NCBI RefSeq assembly: GCF_001457615.1
Contig: NZ_LN831024.1
Coordinates: 3,630,001 to 3,662,000, forward strand
Origin: Pseudomonas aeruginosa
GTDB taxonomy: Bacteria > Pseudomonadota > Gammaproteobacteria > Pseudomonadales > Pseudomonadaceae
Direction: 5' to 3'
DNA: 32,000 nt
The notes beneath the pieces were generated by a model. That model saw only the letters and a list, made by a program, of their open reading frames with translations, searched no databases and had not been told where the DNA came from. The position numbers and the translations under genes were made by a program. The first letter of the stretch is position 1. Each line of letters starts with the position of its first letter. Below, in pieces: positions 19,069-28,433 of the stretch.

Positions 19069-20871
19069 CTAATTCCCGCGCTCCGCGCCGACGCACCAGG
19101 CGCCGTCCTTGGGACAGGCGCCGTCGGTCACCCGCCAGCCCTCCTGCGCACCCATCCGGCAGGGCGTGAGGAACGAACCCTGGCCGGCCTGGCGCAAGCG
19201 CTCCTGTTCGCCCCTGGCCGGCGCCAGCGCCTGGCAGCGGGCGCTACCGAGCAGCTTGCGCAACGACAGGCTCTGGTTCGACAACTCGTCGATTTCAAGC
19301 AGGCCGCCGCGCAGGTCGCGACGGTTGTTCAGCGCCAGGTAATGGCCGACGCCATCGTCGATCAGCCGCGGCTCGATGAGGAACAGCCGCACCGAGCGGC
19401 GCACGGTGTCCGCGGTAGTGCGGAACAGCGCGCCGAGATAGGGAATGTCGCCGAGCCAGGGTACCTTGCGCTGGCTCTGGCTCAGTTCGTCGCGGTAGAT
19501 GCCGCCGATCAGCAGGCTCTGGCCATGGCCCACGCGGGCGATGGTATCGATCACCGTGCGGTTGATCGTGGGGATCTTGTCCAGGCCGGCGCTATTGGGT
19601 TTCTGGCTGCCGTCCTCGATGTGCAGGCTGAGGCTGATCTCCGGCGTATCGCCGAGAGTCACCACTCGCGGCGTCATTTTCAGCATGGTGCCGTAGGTGA
19701 TCGCCTTCAGCTCGGCCACCCGCTCGCCCGTGACCCGCACATAGTAGGTTTCGCTCTGGTCGAGCACCGCCTGGGTATTCTCCTGGGTCAGCAGGGTCGG
19801 CCGGGATCCGATCTGCGCCTGTCCCTGGCTCTGCAACAGGGTGACCTTGGCCAGCAGGAAATCCAGCCCGCGACTGTCCACCAGGCTGCCGACCGCCCCG
19901 TTACCGGCGCCGCCGCCCTCCTCGCTATCCTGGCCGGTGGTGCGGATCTGGATCGACTTGTTGTTGCCCAGGCGAATCCCGGCGCTCCAGTCGACGCCCA
20001 GCTGGGCGAGGTTCTCGGCATTGATGTCGATGATCGACAAGCCGACCTCGATCCGCGCCGAGGGCCGGTCGAGGGCTTCGATCAGGCGGCGATACATGGG
20101 CAACCGGTCCTTGTGGTCGCGCACCACCACCGCGTTCAGCGACGGTTCCGCCTGGACCACCGCATGGCTCGATTGCGGTCCCGGGCGCAGCTTGCCCGGC
20201 TCGTCGCCCACCGCAACCACGTTGGCATCGCTGAGCACCCGCGAGAGGATGCTGGCGATGCCCGGCGCCTCGATCTCGTCGTCGCGGTACTCGATCTTGC
20301 GGTCCTCGGCGACCGCATAGCGCAGCGGGAAGATCTCCACGCTGAGGTCGCCGGTCTTTTCGCTGCGCAGGGTGTATTGCTGCTCCAGCACCTGGGCGGT
20401 CTGCTCGACCAGTTCGAGATAGCGCCCCGGACCGGACACGTGCACCAGCCGCCCGGAAGGGTCGGCACGCCAGCCGAAGCGCGGCTCCCAGATGCCGGCG
20501 GCGGTCAGCGCGCGCTTCAGCTCGGCCTCGCCGACCTGCTCCAGCCTCACCAGCCGCGATTGCATCTCGGTGGTCTTGAATACGTACAGCACGGTGCCGT
20601 CGTAGTACCAGCCGAGGTTGTAGAGGGAGGCCATCAACTGCAGGAAGGCCTGCGGGCTTTCCAGGTCGAAGCGACCGCTGACCTGGTCGTTGACCTTGTC
20701 GCTGACGATCACCGAGGCATCGTAGTTGGCGCCGAAGTTGGCCAGCACGTCGCGCAGGCTTTCGCCCTGCGCCACATAGTCGTAAGGCAGGCTGGGCCAG
20801 TCCAGCGGCTGCGCGCGCAAGACCGCGCCAGGCAGCAGCGCCAGCAGTCCGCCGATCAGCAGGCGGCGCAT
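19069..20871 (-). CDS. pscC: T3SS outer-membrane secretin PscC (SctC), 600 aa
   Basis: [47 protein letters not shown] and secretin core [38 protein letters not shown]. Confidence 0.98.
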   Translation of the reverse strand: MRRLLIGGLLALLPGAVLRAQPLDWPSLPYDYVAQGESLRDVLANFGANYDASVIVSDKVNDQVSGRFDLESPQAFLQLMASLYNLGWYYDGTVLYVFKTTEMQSRLVRLEQVGEAELKRALTAAGIWEPRFGWRADPSGRLVHVSGPGRYLELVEQTAQVLEQQYTLRSEKTGDLSVEIFPLRYAVAEDRKIEYRDDEIEAPGIASILSRVLSDANVVAVGDEPGKLRPGPQSSHAVVQAEPSLNAVVVRDHKDRLPMYRRLIEALDRPSARIEVGLSIIDINAENLAQLGVDWSAGIRLGNNKSIQIRTTGQDSEEGGGAGNGAVGSLVDSRGLDFLLAKVTLLQSQGQAQIGSRPTLLTQENTQAVLDQSETYYVRVTGERVAELKAITYGTMLKMTPRVVTLGDTPEISLSLHIEDGSQKPNSAGLDKIPTINRTVIDTIARVGHGQSLLIGGIYRDELSQSQRKVPWLGDIPYLGALFRTTADTVRRSVRLFLIEPRLIDDGVGHYLALNNRRDLRGGLLEIDELSNQSLSLRKLLGSARCQALAPARGEQERLRQAGQGSFLTPCRMGAQEGWRVTDGACPKDGAWCVGAERGN

Positions 20872-21293
20872 CAGGGACGCCACACCGGAGCCTGCGGCGG
20901 CAACCCGCGGGGCAGCGGCTCCAGCTCCGGCGCCAGCGCCTCGAGCAGCCCCACCTGGGCGGCCAGGGCCCGTTCGAGTCGCTCGGGATCGAGGCCGTCG
21001 AGGCCCAGCCGCGCCTGCAACAGCAGGCGCCCGTCCGCGTCCAGGACGATGGCCTGGGGATAGCGCCGGCTCCAACTGGCGACCCGCGACAACAGCGCCC
21101 GCAGCAACCCCAGCTGGTCGCGCTGCGGGTCCAGGGGGGCGTGCTCCAGCGGGCTTTCCAGCAGCAGGTCGTCGCCCTGGCGCAGCAACAGGACGCTCTG
21201 TCCGTCGATGCGCAGGTGGTACGAACCCGTCCGATCGGCAACAAAGGGCCCTTGGCCCAGGCGAGTGGCCAATCCGCTCAACAGATGATCCAT
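20871..21293 (-). CDS. pscB: T3SS chaperone PscB, 140 aa
   Basis: [37 protein letters not shown]..., YscB/CesT-like, first gene after exsD. Confidence 0.94.
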   Translation of the reverse strand: MDHLLSGLATRLGQGPFVADRTGSYHLRIDGQSVLLLRQGDDLLLESPLEHAPLDPQRDQLGLLRALLSRVASWSRRYPQAIVLDADGRLLLQARLGLDGLDPERLERALAAQVGLLEALAPELEPLPRGLPPQAPVWRP

Positions 21294-21326
21294 GATTCCT
21301 CGGTAGGGCCGGCTTTCGCCGGCCGC

Positions 21327-22157
21327 TCAGCTCTGCCAGTAGAAGTGATCCTGTGCCTGGCACAGGTTGCGTTCGTGCAGCCAGGCCTGGACGGCGTCCG
21401 CCGCGCCGACGTCGTCGTCCAGCCGGCAGAGAGGTTGCCAGAGGCATTCGAGGACCTCGGGGATCGGCTCGAAGCCGGCCAGCCCGCCGCTGGCGAGCAG
21501 CGTCGCCATGCCCCGCTGCCAGTTCGGCCAGGCGCTCTTCGCCAGTGCCGAAGCCGTCTCCAGCTTGCCGGCCAGTTCGGCCACCTGTTCCTGGGTGCGC
21601 GCCTGGCACTTGGCGACCCTGGCCAGTTCCTCGCGGGCCTGCTCCGGCTCCAGCTCGGCCACGCGGGACCAGAATTCGGACTTGACTCGCAGTTGCCGGG
21701 ACTGGGTCTCCAGCTCCACCAGCGACAGGCGCCAGCCGGGGATCGCCTGGTCGAGCAGGCTTTCCCACCAGCCATAGACCGGCAGCAGGACCCAATCGAT
21801 CATCGACTGCGGCACGGCGAGGTTGACCCGGTCGCCCAGTTCGGCGCACCAGCCGTCGTCGTCCTGCGCCGCGCAGAGGAGAATCTGCCGCACCTCTTCG
21901 CGCCCCAGCGCCAGGCCGCGCGCCAGGCGCTGCTGCAACCACTCGCAGCGGAACAGTTGCTCCAGCCGCAGGCGCGGCAGCATCCGCTGCAGCAACGCCA
22001 GTTGCCGCGCACTGATGATTCCGGACTCACGATACAAACTGCTCGATGCGTAACCCGGCACCCGACCCCGCGAGCGGGCGTCCGAGCCCACCACGGATAC
22101 CCGCCTGCCAGCGAACACCGCTTCTCGGGAGTATTGCTTATCGTCTTCCTGCTCCAT
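21327..22157 (-). CDS. exsD: T3SS transcriptional antiactivator ExsD, 276 aa
   Basis: [46 protein letters not shown]... Confidence 0.97.
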   Translation of the reverse strand: MEQEDDKQYSREAVFAGRRVSVVGSDARSRGRVPGYASSSLYRESGIISARQLALLQRMLPRLRLEQLFRCEWLQQRLARGLALGREEVRQILLCAAQDDDGWCAELGDRVNLAVPQSMIDWVLLPVYGWWESLLDQAIPGWRLSLVELETQSRQLRVKSEFWSRVAELEPEQAREELARVAKCQARTQEQVAELAGKLETASALAKSAWPNWQRGMATLLASGGLAGFEPIPEVLECLWQPLCRLDDDVGAADAVQAWLHERNLCQAQDHFYWQS

Positions 22158-22240
22158 TCTCTGCCTTGGCTTCCTCACTACATTGCGCGCTCGTCAGAGC
22201 CTGCAATTTGGGCCGATTCTACTCATGCAGCCGCTACCGG

Positions 22241-22266
22241 GCTTTCAAAAAACGTCAGTTATTTTT
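22241..22266 (-). promoter_or_regulatory. ExsA-binding region of PexsD
   Basis: Minus strand TAAAAATAACTGACGTTTTTTGAAAG fits the published TnAAAAnA core and ExsA consensus layout; it lies upstream of exsD and overlaps the end of exsA. Confidence 0.85.
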
Positions 22267-23091
22267 AGCCCGGCATTCGTCCTTCCCCTGCCGCGAGCGG
22301 CTCGGTGTGCAGCCGAAACGGCGGCGATAGCTCTGGGTGAAATAGGACTGACTGGAAAAGCCCGCCTCCATGGCGATGTCGACGATGCTCATGTCGCTGT
22401 TGAGCAGCAACTGATGGGCATAGAGGATTCTCCGCTCGCTGATCCAGGCGCGCGGCGAAACCCCATAGACACTGCCGAACAGCTCCTTGAAGGTGGTCAG
22501 CCCCATGCCGAACTCGCGGGAGAAGTCGGACAGCTTCCACTCGTTGAGGTAGTGCTTCTCCATGAATAGCTGCAGACGCTCGACATGCCGGTTGCTCAGT
22601 TGCCGCAGGACCGACATCAGCAGCGGCCCCTGCGGACTGAACGCGAAGAGCATCAGCAACTCCTCGATCTTCAGGCAGGCGAGCATCGGCGGATGCTCAT
22701 GCACAAGCAATTCCTTCAACCCCTTGACGCAACCGGCCAGCAGAGGCGTGGCAGCGAACGCGATGATGCCCGGCACGGGCTCGTCGCAACGCTCGACTTC
22801 ACTCAACAGCGCGCCGAAGCGCTGGACGAAGCCTTGTAGAAACTGGGCAGATAATGGAATCCAGAGTATTCGGCTGTCCTTTCCCTTGGTACTTACGACA
22901 TAGCTTCCGCGGCGGACGAAAAGCAACTCGCCAGGCGCCAGGCAAAAAGTGGAATCGATGTCCTGGACGGTCAGTTCGCCCTCGAGCAGAACATATACGC
23001 CCTCTTCCTTGTTTACCCTGTATTCGAAAGTTGGAATGTTCCAATGACAAGACGTTATCTGCTTTCGGCCAAGAGATTTGGCTCCTTGCAT
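22255..23091 (-). CDS. exsA: AraC-family T3SS master activator ExsA, 278 aa
   Basis: MQGAKSLGRKQITSCHWNIPTFEYRVNKEEGVYVLLEGEL... and AraC HTH region DIAMEAGFSSQSYFTQSYRRRFGCTPSRSR. Confidence 0.98.
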   Translation of the reverse strand: MQGAKSLGRKQITSCHWNIPTFEYRVNKEEGVYVLLEGELTVQDIDSTFCLAPGELLFVRRGSYVVSTKGKDSRILWIPLSAQFLQGFVQRFGALLSEVERCDEPVPGIIAFAATPLLAGCVKGLKELLVHEHPPMLACLKIEELLMLFAFSPQGPLLMSVLRQLSNRHVERLQLFMEKHYLNEWKLSDFSREFGMGLTTFKELFGSVYGVSPRAWISERRILYAHQLLLNSDMSIVDIAMEAGFSSQSYFTQSYRRRFGCTPSRSRQGKDECRAKNN

Positions 23092-23200
23092 ATTATAAGA
23101 ACCCCAACACTTCCCGTCGTACCTTGAATGCCCCGCCGAGCGGAGAGGCATGAATACGCTCCGTTTTATTGATTTTCAAAGCCATGAGCACGGAGTCGAT

Positions 23201-23243
23201 TTTATAATAATCAGGATTATCCGACGTGCGCTGATTCGCAGAG
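23201..23243 (-). promoter_or_regulatory. putative Vfr-dependent PexsA promoter
   Basis: Minus strand CTCTGCGAATCAGCGCACGT resembles the Vfr/CRP consensus (TGNGAWNYAGWTCACAT), one strong half-site, followed by AT-rich TTATTATAAA as a candidate -10. Confidence 0.5.
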
Positions 23244-23388
23244 CGAGTCGGCTTCCGCCAATTAATCCAGCCTTCTTTAGAAGCGGAACAAAAGTACCAG
23301 TTTTATTATTCGAGGCCTTCCCTGAAAACGAACGAGACTTGCACTTCTTTAATCTCCATACGCACTTTCCGAAACAGCAGGCAATGTA

Positions 23389-23814
23389 TCAATCGTTGCC
23401 AGATCTTTCTTCCGGGCGAGCGGCCGTACAATTCGGAAAACAGTCGCGCCGAACCAGCCGGACCCGCTCATCGACGCCCGCCGCCACCTGTTGCCAGGCA
23501 CTCGCCTGGACCGCCGCGACGCCCACCCAGGAAAGCTCGGTACGCAGGTACAATGCCTCGCCCTCCAACCTGTCGACCTCCAGATCGAAGGCATAGCGCA
23601 ACGGCAACCCGGACACCCGGTAGCGCCGCTCGGCAATCGTTTGCATCCTTCCCTGAACGACGGCATACAGGCGCAGCCTGAGTTGCGCCTGGCGCGCCTG
23701 CAGGGAAACGCCGCCCACCGAACCGCCCACCGTCACCTTCGGCGACATCGGCGCGGGCTGGCTGACGCAACCGCCGAGCAGCAACGCCAGCGGCAACAGC
23801 ATCCAGCACCTCAC
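23389..23814 (-). CDS. exsB: ExsB lipoprotein, YscW-type pilotin (137 aa from ATG 23802 or 141 aa from GTG 23814)
   Basis: MLLPLALLLGGCVSQPAPMSPKVTVGGSV..., lipobox LGGC; located between exsE and exsA. Confidence 0.88.
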   Translation of the reverse strand: MRCWMLLPLALLLGGCVSQPAPMSPKVTVGGSVGGVSLQARQAQLRLRLYAVVQGRMQTIAERRYRVSGLPLRYAFDLEVDRLEGEALYLRTELSWVGVAAVQASAWQQVAAGVDERVRLVRRDCFPNCTAARPEERSGND

Positions 23815-24056
23815 CTGCGCCGGACCGTGCGCGCCTCCAGCGGCGTGCCGTCACCGTCGGCGAGACGCTGCAAGGCCTGCTCACTACGCGGATCGCCAGC
23901 CACGTTGCGCGCCAGCCAGCGCGCCAGCCCGGCCACGCTGGAACGGTCCTCGCCGCGAACGGCCGCGCGGGTCACCGAACGCCCCTCGAAATGCCCCACC
24001 GCCTCGGCTCCAGCGTCTTGGGACGGCTGCACCGGCGAAATCGATTCGATTTTCAT
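23811..24056 (-). CDS. exsE: secreted T3SS regulator ExsE, 81 aa
   Basis: MKIESISPVQPSQDAGAEAVGHFEGRSVTRAAVRGEDRSSVAG... Confidence 0.95.
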   Translation of the reverse strand: MKIESISPVQPSQDAGAEAVGHFEGRSVTRAAVRGEDRSSVAGLARWLARNVAGDPRSEQALQRLADGDGTPLEARTVRRR

Positions 24057-24064
24057 GGGGCCGC

Positions 24065-24502
24065 TCAAACCCTCATGCCGACCGCAGCGACCGCCTCGCG
24101 ATCACTGTCGCACGGCAGCAGGCGCTGCCAGAACTCGGCGTGATCGAGCAGGTTGGCCAGGGTCGCCTCGAAGCATTCGAGGGTCAGTTGCGCTGCGAGA
24201 ATCTGCGCATACAACTGGACCTTGCCGGTCAGCTCGTCGAAGCCGAAATGCAGATCGAAACGGTGCCAATGGCGGTTGAAGCTGGCGAGCTGGCGAAAGA
24301 TCCCCTCGCCCAGCACATCGATGCCCACCACATCGGCCTCCAGCAACAGACGCTCGCGCTCGGCGAGCAGCAACAGGGTGACGCCCACCTGTTCGTCGAA
24401 CAGCAGGCTCGCCATGCCCTCCTCGTCGAGGGACAGGGAAGGCAAACCGATACGGCCTGCGAACTCGGCAAGCAGTCGGTTGACCTTGCTCGTTAAATCC
24501 AT
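24065..24502 (-). CDS. exsC: T3SS chaperone/anti-antiactivator ExsC, 145 aa
   Basis: MDLTSKVNRLLAEFAGRIGLPSLSLDEEGMASLLFDEQVGVTLLL..., class I T3SS chaperone fold signature. Confidence 0.96.
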   Translation of the reverse strand: MDLTSKVNRLLAEFAGRIGLPSLSLDEEGMASLLFDEQVGVTLLLLAERERLLLEADVVGIDVLGEGIFRQLASFNRHWHRFDLHFGFDELTGKVQLYAQILAAQLTLECFEATLANLLDHAEFWQRLLPCDSDREAVAAVGMRV

Positions 24503-24552
24503 GGGGGCGCCTCCTAAAGCTCAGCGCATGCTAGCACCGGGCTATGCATCGC

Positions 24553-24582
24553 TTTTGTCACTGAGAGACTTTTCTTTTAAGA
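24553..24582 (-). promoter_or_regulatory. ExsA-binding region of PexsC (exsCEBA promoter)
   Basis: Minus strand CTTAAAAGAAAAGTCTCTCAGTGACAAAAG contains TTAAAAGA (TnAAAAnA) and downstream GTC...AGTGACAAA matching the ExsA consensus. Confidence 0.85.
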
Positions 24583-24605
24583 AAAAAGCCACATCGCTGT
24601 GGCCT
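24582..24605 (-). terminator. Rho-independent terminator of the pcrGVH-popBD transcript
   Basis: Minus strand GGCCACA-GCGA-TGTGGCTTTTTTC just after the popD stop: stem followed by T6. Confidence 0.85.
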
Positions 24606-24627
24606 TTTCCTCCCGCGCGGAGACGGC

Positions 24628-25515
24628 TCAGACCACTCCGGCCGCCGCACGCCAGGCCTGGTTATGGCTCTGGGTGTACTGCTGGATGAGCTGCAGGACG
24701 TCCTTCATGAAGCCGGCATCGAAGCTCATCTGGTCCTCGACCTTCTGCTTCTGGCTCTGCCCGATGGTGGCGTTGACCTCTCCTTCCCGGGCGCTCGCCT
24801 GCGATTCGCCCTGGCGCACCTGGACCGAGGCGTTGGCCATCTGGACGAAGGACTGGATCACCGTGTTGGCCACCTGCAGGGCGCCGTTGCGGCTCTCGAA
24901 GGCACGGCCCGCCGCACGCAACGCCACACTGTCCTGCACCTGGTCCGCCGCCCAGACCTTGCCGACGATCTTGCGATCCTCGTCGGAGGTCTTGCCAAGC
25001 GCCTGCATCTTCGCGTCGATCAGTTCGTTGCGCCCATCGATGTTCTTCTGCAGGGTCTTCTCCTGACTGATGGCCTTGCCGTTCTTCAACGCGCCGAGGC
25101 TGCCGACCACCGCCGAGGCCAATGCGCCGACGCCAGCGATCACCGCCATGGCGATCATCAGCGTGGCGCCGCTGCGCATCTCGTCCACCTGCGCCTTCTG
25201 CGCGTGGATGATCGACTGGTTCTCGTTGTCGCGCTGGAGCACGCCCAGCTCGCGCGCTTTCTGCGCGATGCGGAAGAGAATCAGCAGAAGCTCGACGCTG
25301 CTGTCCAGCTCGCTGCCGGCCGCTTCCATGCGCACCGGGTCGAGCACCTGGCGCGGAGCGTTCAGTTCGACCCGGTCGGCCCGCGCGGCCGGCACCTGCG
25401 GCAGGTCCGCAGCCGCTTGCGGCGTGCCGACGGAACGCCCGGCGGCGCCGGGAGCGATCGGCTCGGAGGGGATCGCGGCCTGGGTAGCCGCCAGGGAATA
25501 TTGCGTGTCGATCAT
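24628..25515 (-). CDS. popD: T3SS translocator PopD, 295 aa
   Basis: MIDTQYSLAATQAAIPSEPIAPGAAGRSVGTPQAAADLPQVPAARADRVELNAP..., single hydrophobic domain. Confidence 0.98.
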   Translation of the reverse strand: MIDTQYSLAATQAAIPSEPIAPGAAGRSVGTPQAAADLPQVPAARADRVELNAPRQVLDPVRMEAAGSELDSSVELLLILFRIAQKARELGVLQRDNENQSIIHAQKAQVDEMRSGATLMIAMAVIAGVGALASAVVGSLGALKNGKAISQEKTLQKNIDGRNELIDAKMQALGKTSDEDRKIVGKVWAADQVQDSVALRAAGRAFESRNGALQVANTVIQSFVQMANASVQVRQGESQASAREGEVNATIGQSQKQKVEDQMSFDAGFMKDVLQLIQQYTQSHNQAWRAAAGVV

Positions 25516-25526
25516 GTGACGTCTCC

Positions 25527-26699
25527 TCAGATCGCTGCCGGTCGGCTGGACAGGTTGTGCAGGGTTTCACCCTTGGCCTGGAGCATGGCGAAGATCCGCT
25601 CCATGATTTCCTGGAATGCTTCCAGCATGCGGCTCAGCTCTTCCTTCAGGCGCTCGATCACGCCCTGCAGGGTGGTCAGGTCGGCACGCGATTCCTGCAC
25701 GTCGGCCTGGCGGTTCGCGGCCTTCGCCTGGAATCTCGAATGAGTGGCCTGGGCCGCGCCGTTGGCGACGTCCAGGGTCAGGTCGGAAACCTGCACGCCG
25801 AGTTTCAGCGAGTGCGACAGCGATTGGCCGGCCAAACTGCCGAACTTGCCGCCCAGGTCGGCGACCTTGCTCGCCAGGCTGGCGGTCATCTCGGCCGCCT
25901 TGCCGCCGATCTTCGCGCCCAGCCTGGCCAGCCCGCCGACCGCTGAGCCGCCGAAGCTGACCACCGCCGCCAGCAGCGCGACGGCGATCTCGATACCCAT
26001 CAGTGCCGGGCCGAGCTTTTCCATCACTTCCTTGCTGATCAATCCGTCCGCGGCTGCCTGCTGTACCGACTGGGAGACCACTCCCATGACACCGCCCGCG
26101 ATCATCAGTGCACCCGCGGCCGCGCCGACGCCGGTTGCCACCATGATTGCGCCGACGATGATCGAAGCTATTGCACTGATCCAACCAAAGATTTTGGCTG
26201 CCAGACCGGACTTCTGGGCTTCTTTCGCGGCTTCTTCCGATTCCCTGATCTTCTGCTGGTTGTCCTCCATCTTCTGCAGGTTCTGCTTTCGCGCCTGCTC
26301 GATTTCGGTCAGCTTGAGTTTCTTCTGCTGGTTCTCGACTTCGCCGGTGATTTTCGCCAGCTCGATCTCGAACGCCTGCGGCGACATCAGGCCGGCGGAC
26401 AACAGCGTCGAAGCGCCGGCCAGCACAACCTGCCGCGCCAGTCCGACATCCTCGCCCACTGCTTGCACCAGGCTGGCGATCTCCGCACGATTGGCGACCT
26501 CCAGGCGCTGCTGGCTGGCTGCGGACGGCGGCGTCAGCGCCACCCCCGTGCCGCTCGCGGAAGCCGCGGCCGGCGCCGCCAGGCGCTCCACCCGCAGACT
26601 CTCGACATCCCTCGCGACCGGCCTGCCGAGCGCCGGGATATCCCCGGCGTCGGCCACCCCGTAGGGCAGTCCGGCGCGTTCAAGCGTTATCGGATTCAT
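25527..26699 (-). CDS. popB: T3SS translocator PopB, 390 aa
   Basis: MNPITLERAGLPYGVADAGDIPALGRPVARDVESLRVERLA..., YopB-like hydrophobic core. Confidence 0.98.
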   Translation of the reverse strand: MNPITLERAGLPYGVADAGDIPALGRPVARDVESLRVERLAAPAAASASGTGVALTPPSAASQQRLEVANRAEIASLVQAVGEDVGLARQVVLAGASTLLSAGLMSPQAFEIELAKITGEVENQQKKLKLTEIEQARKQNLQKMEDNQQKIRESEEAAKEAQKSGLAAKIFGWISAIASIIVGAIMVATGVGAAAGALMIAGGVMGVVSQSVQQAAADGLISKEVMEKLGPALMGIEIAVALLAAVVSFGGSAVGGLARLGAKIGGKAAEMTASLASKVADLGGKFGSLAGQSLSHSLKLGVQVSDLTLDVANGAAQATHSRFQAKAANRQADVQESRADLTTLQGVIERLKEELSRMLEAFQEIMERIFAMLQAKGETLHNLSSRPAAI

Positions 26700-27186
26700 A
26701 TGCTCGATCCTTTCTCGCGGTTACGGCTTCCAACATGGCGCCGGCACGCGCGGCCAGGGCCTCGTGCGCCGGCTGTGCCGCGGCCAGGGCCCGGGCCGAG
26801 TAGAAGCCACTCTCGGCTCCGTCGAGATCACCCAGTTGCAGGTGGCACTCGGCGGCATGGAAGGGAAAGCGCGGCTCGTTGATGTCCATCAGCGCGCCGT
26901 AGCTGTAGCTCTGCAGGGCCTGCTCATAGAGACCGAGGGACTGGCGGCAGGCGCCCAGACCGAGAAAGTAGCGGGCGTCGTAGTGGTCGAGCATGCACAG
27001 TGCCTGGAAGATCTTCTGCGCGTCGTCCCACTTGCCCGCCTGGTACTGGTTGAAGCCCAGCGCATAGAGCTGCTCCAGGGTGTCCTCGCTGAGTCCGCGA
27101 AGCATCGCCAGGGTGCCGCCGTCGCGCAGGAAGGCCTCCAGCGCCTGTTGCTGGTCGGTGTCGGAAGGGGTCGCTTGCTGGTTCAT
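26680..27186 (-). CDS. pcrH: translocator chaperone PcrH, about 168 aa
   Basis: MNQQATPSDTDQQQALEAFLRDGGTLAMLRGLSEDTLEQLYALGFNQYQAGKWDDA, TPR class II chaperone. Confidence 0.97.
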   Translation of the reverse strand: MNQQATPSDTDQQQALEAFLRDGGTLAMLRGLSEDTLEQLYALGFNQYQAGKWDDAQKIFQALCMLDHYDARYFLGLGACRQSLGLYEQALQSYSYGALMDINEPRFPFHAAECHLQLGDLDGAESGFYSARALAAAQPAHEALAARAGAMLEAVTARKDRAYESDNA

Positions 27187-27194
27187 GGATACCT

Positions 27195-28079
27195 CTAGAT
27201 CGCGCTGAGAATGTCGCGCAGGACGCTGTCGTATTTCTGGATGAAGCGGTTGAGCGCCTCGACCGCCGAGTTGTAGCGGGAGCTGGTGTCGTTGAGCAGG
27301 GTGGTCTTCTCGTTGACCTTGTCGTTCAGCGGACGCGAGCGGTCGCTCACCGTGGTGGCGAAATTGCCGACCGGGTTGTTGTCCTTCTCGAAGGGGTACT
27401 CATCGCTGAGGCCCTTGAGCTCCCCGCTCTGCTTCGGCGAGCCGCTGAGAAAATCCTTGATCGACAGCTTGCCGCTGAAGGTATCCAGATTGCTCAGCAG
27501 CGCATACTCGGGGCTGTCCTTCCACCTGGGATCGCCGACGGCATAGCCATAGAGCGTGGGGTCGACCAGATCGATACCGCCAGCGTCGATCCTGATGCCC
27601 TGCTTGGCCGACAGCGCGGCGTTGATCTGCGACTGGATCACGCTGTAGACCTTCAACTCCGCGGTCAGCGCCTTGAGCTCGTCGAGCAGCGCCTTGCGCT
27701 TTCCGTCCTGGGTCTGCAGGACATCCTTGTAGACACCGATGACATCCTCGTCGAGACGCCCGTGCAGGCTGAAATAGGCCGACACCAGGAACTCGCGCAG
27801 ATCCCACTGCGCACCGGGCTGCCGACGTGCCTGCAGGACTTCGCGGAGTACCTCGAGGCCCTGCCCCGGAGGCGCGGACGGATTGGCCGCGAGCAACCAG
27901 GCGAGCGCCTTGAGCACTTGCGCCTCGCTCAGCGGCTGGCCGGCGTGGGCCAGCACGATCCGCTCGCTGCGCAACAGGGCCAGCAGTTCCTCCTGCTCGG
28001 CACTGGCAGGCGCCGCCGACGCGGCCAGGAGCTCGTCCAGGAACAGCTCGCGAGCGGCATTAAGGTTTCTGACTTCCAT
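27195..28079 (-). CDS. pcrV: needle-tip protein PcrV, 294 aa
   Basis: MEVRNLNAARELFLDELLAASAAPASAEQEELLALLRSERIVLAHAGQPLSEAQ... Confidence 0.99.
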   Translation of the reverse strand: MEVRNLNAARELFLDELLAASAAPASAEQEELLALLRSERIVLAHAGQPLSEAQVLKALAWLLAANPSAPPGQGLEVLREVLQARRQPGAQWDLREFLVSAYFSLHGRLDEDVIGVYKDVLQTQDGKRKALLDELKALTAELKVYSVIQSQINAALSAKQGIRIDAGGIDLVDPTLYGYAVGDPRWKDSPEYALLSNLDTFSGKLSIKDFLSGSPKQSGELKGLSDEYPFEKDNNPVGNFATTVSDRSRPLNDKVNEKTTLLNDTSSRYNSAVEALNRFIQKYDSVLRDILSAI

Positions 28080-28088
28080 CGTGATTCC

Positions 28089-28385
28089 TCAGATCAACAA
28101 GCCACGCATCGGCGTCGGACGCCGCGGCCGGGTACCCTGCTCGCCCTGCGTCGGCTGGGAACTGCGCATGCGCCGCAGTTCGGCCAGCAGCTCCTCTTCG
28201 GCGGCTCGCGCCAGCTCTCGCTCCGGCGCCTGGAACAGCAGCTCGCCGGCGTCCGCGGCAAGCCCCAGGCCTTGCCACATTTCCGCCAGCAGGCGGCCGC
28301 GTTCCTCGCTGTCGCGAATCGCCAGTTCGGCGGCCTGGACGGTCGCCCGCAGGGTGTCTTCGGTGTATTCGTTCATGTCGTCCAT
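28089..28385 (-). CDS. pcrG: PcrV chaperone/translocation regulator PcrG, 98 aa
   Basis: MDDMNEYTEDTLRATVQAAELAIRDSEERGRLLAEMWQ..., adjacent to pcrV. Confidence 0.97.
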   Translation of the reverse strand: MDDMNEYTEDTLRATVQAAELAIRDSEERGRLLAEMWQGLGLAADAGELLFQAPERELARAAEEELLAELRRMRSSQPTQGEQGTRPRRPTPMRGLLI

Positions 28386-28409
28386 GGTAGGGATCGACGT
28401 TGCCGGAGC

Positions 28410-28433
28410 CTGTCAGGCACGGTCGGGTTTTTG
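28410..28433 (-). promoter_or_regulatory. ExsA-binding region of PpcrG
   Basis: Minus strand CAAAAACCCGACCGTGCCTGACAG fits the ExsA consensus (A-rich, CGAC, CTGACAG) and lies just upstream of pcrG. Confidence 0.75.

Noticed and set aside
19066-21063. 665-aa plus-strand ORF opposite pscC
   Set aside because: High-GC antisense open frame with low-complexity R/H/Q/A-rich composition; the minus strand encodes a full, recognisable secretin.
19069-21942. 957-aa extended pscC ORF
   Set aside because: Extra N-terminus overlaps pscB and exsD coding; the [15 protein letters not shown] signal peptide at 20871 marks the true start.
23150-23596. 148-aa plus-strand ORF across the exsA promoter region
   Set aside because: No domain, atypical composition, antisense to the exsB and the regulatory region; more likely chance opening in AT-richer DNA.
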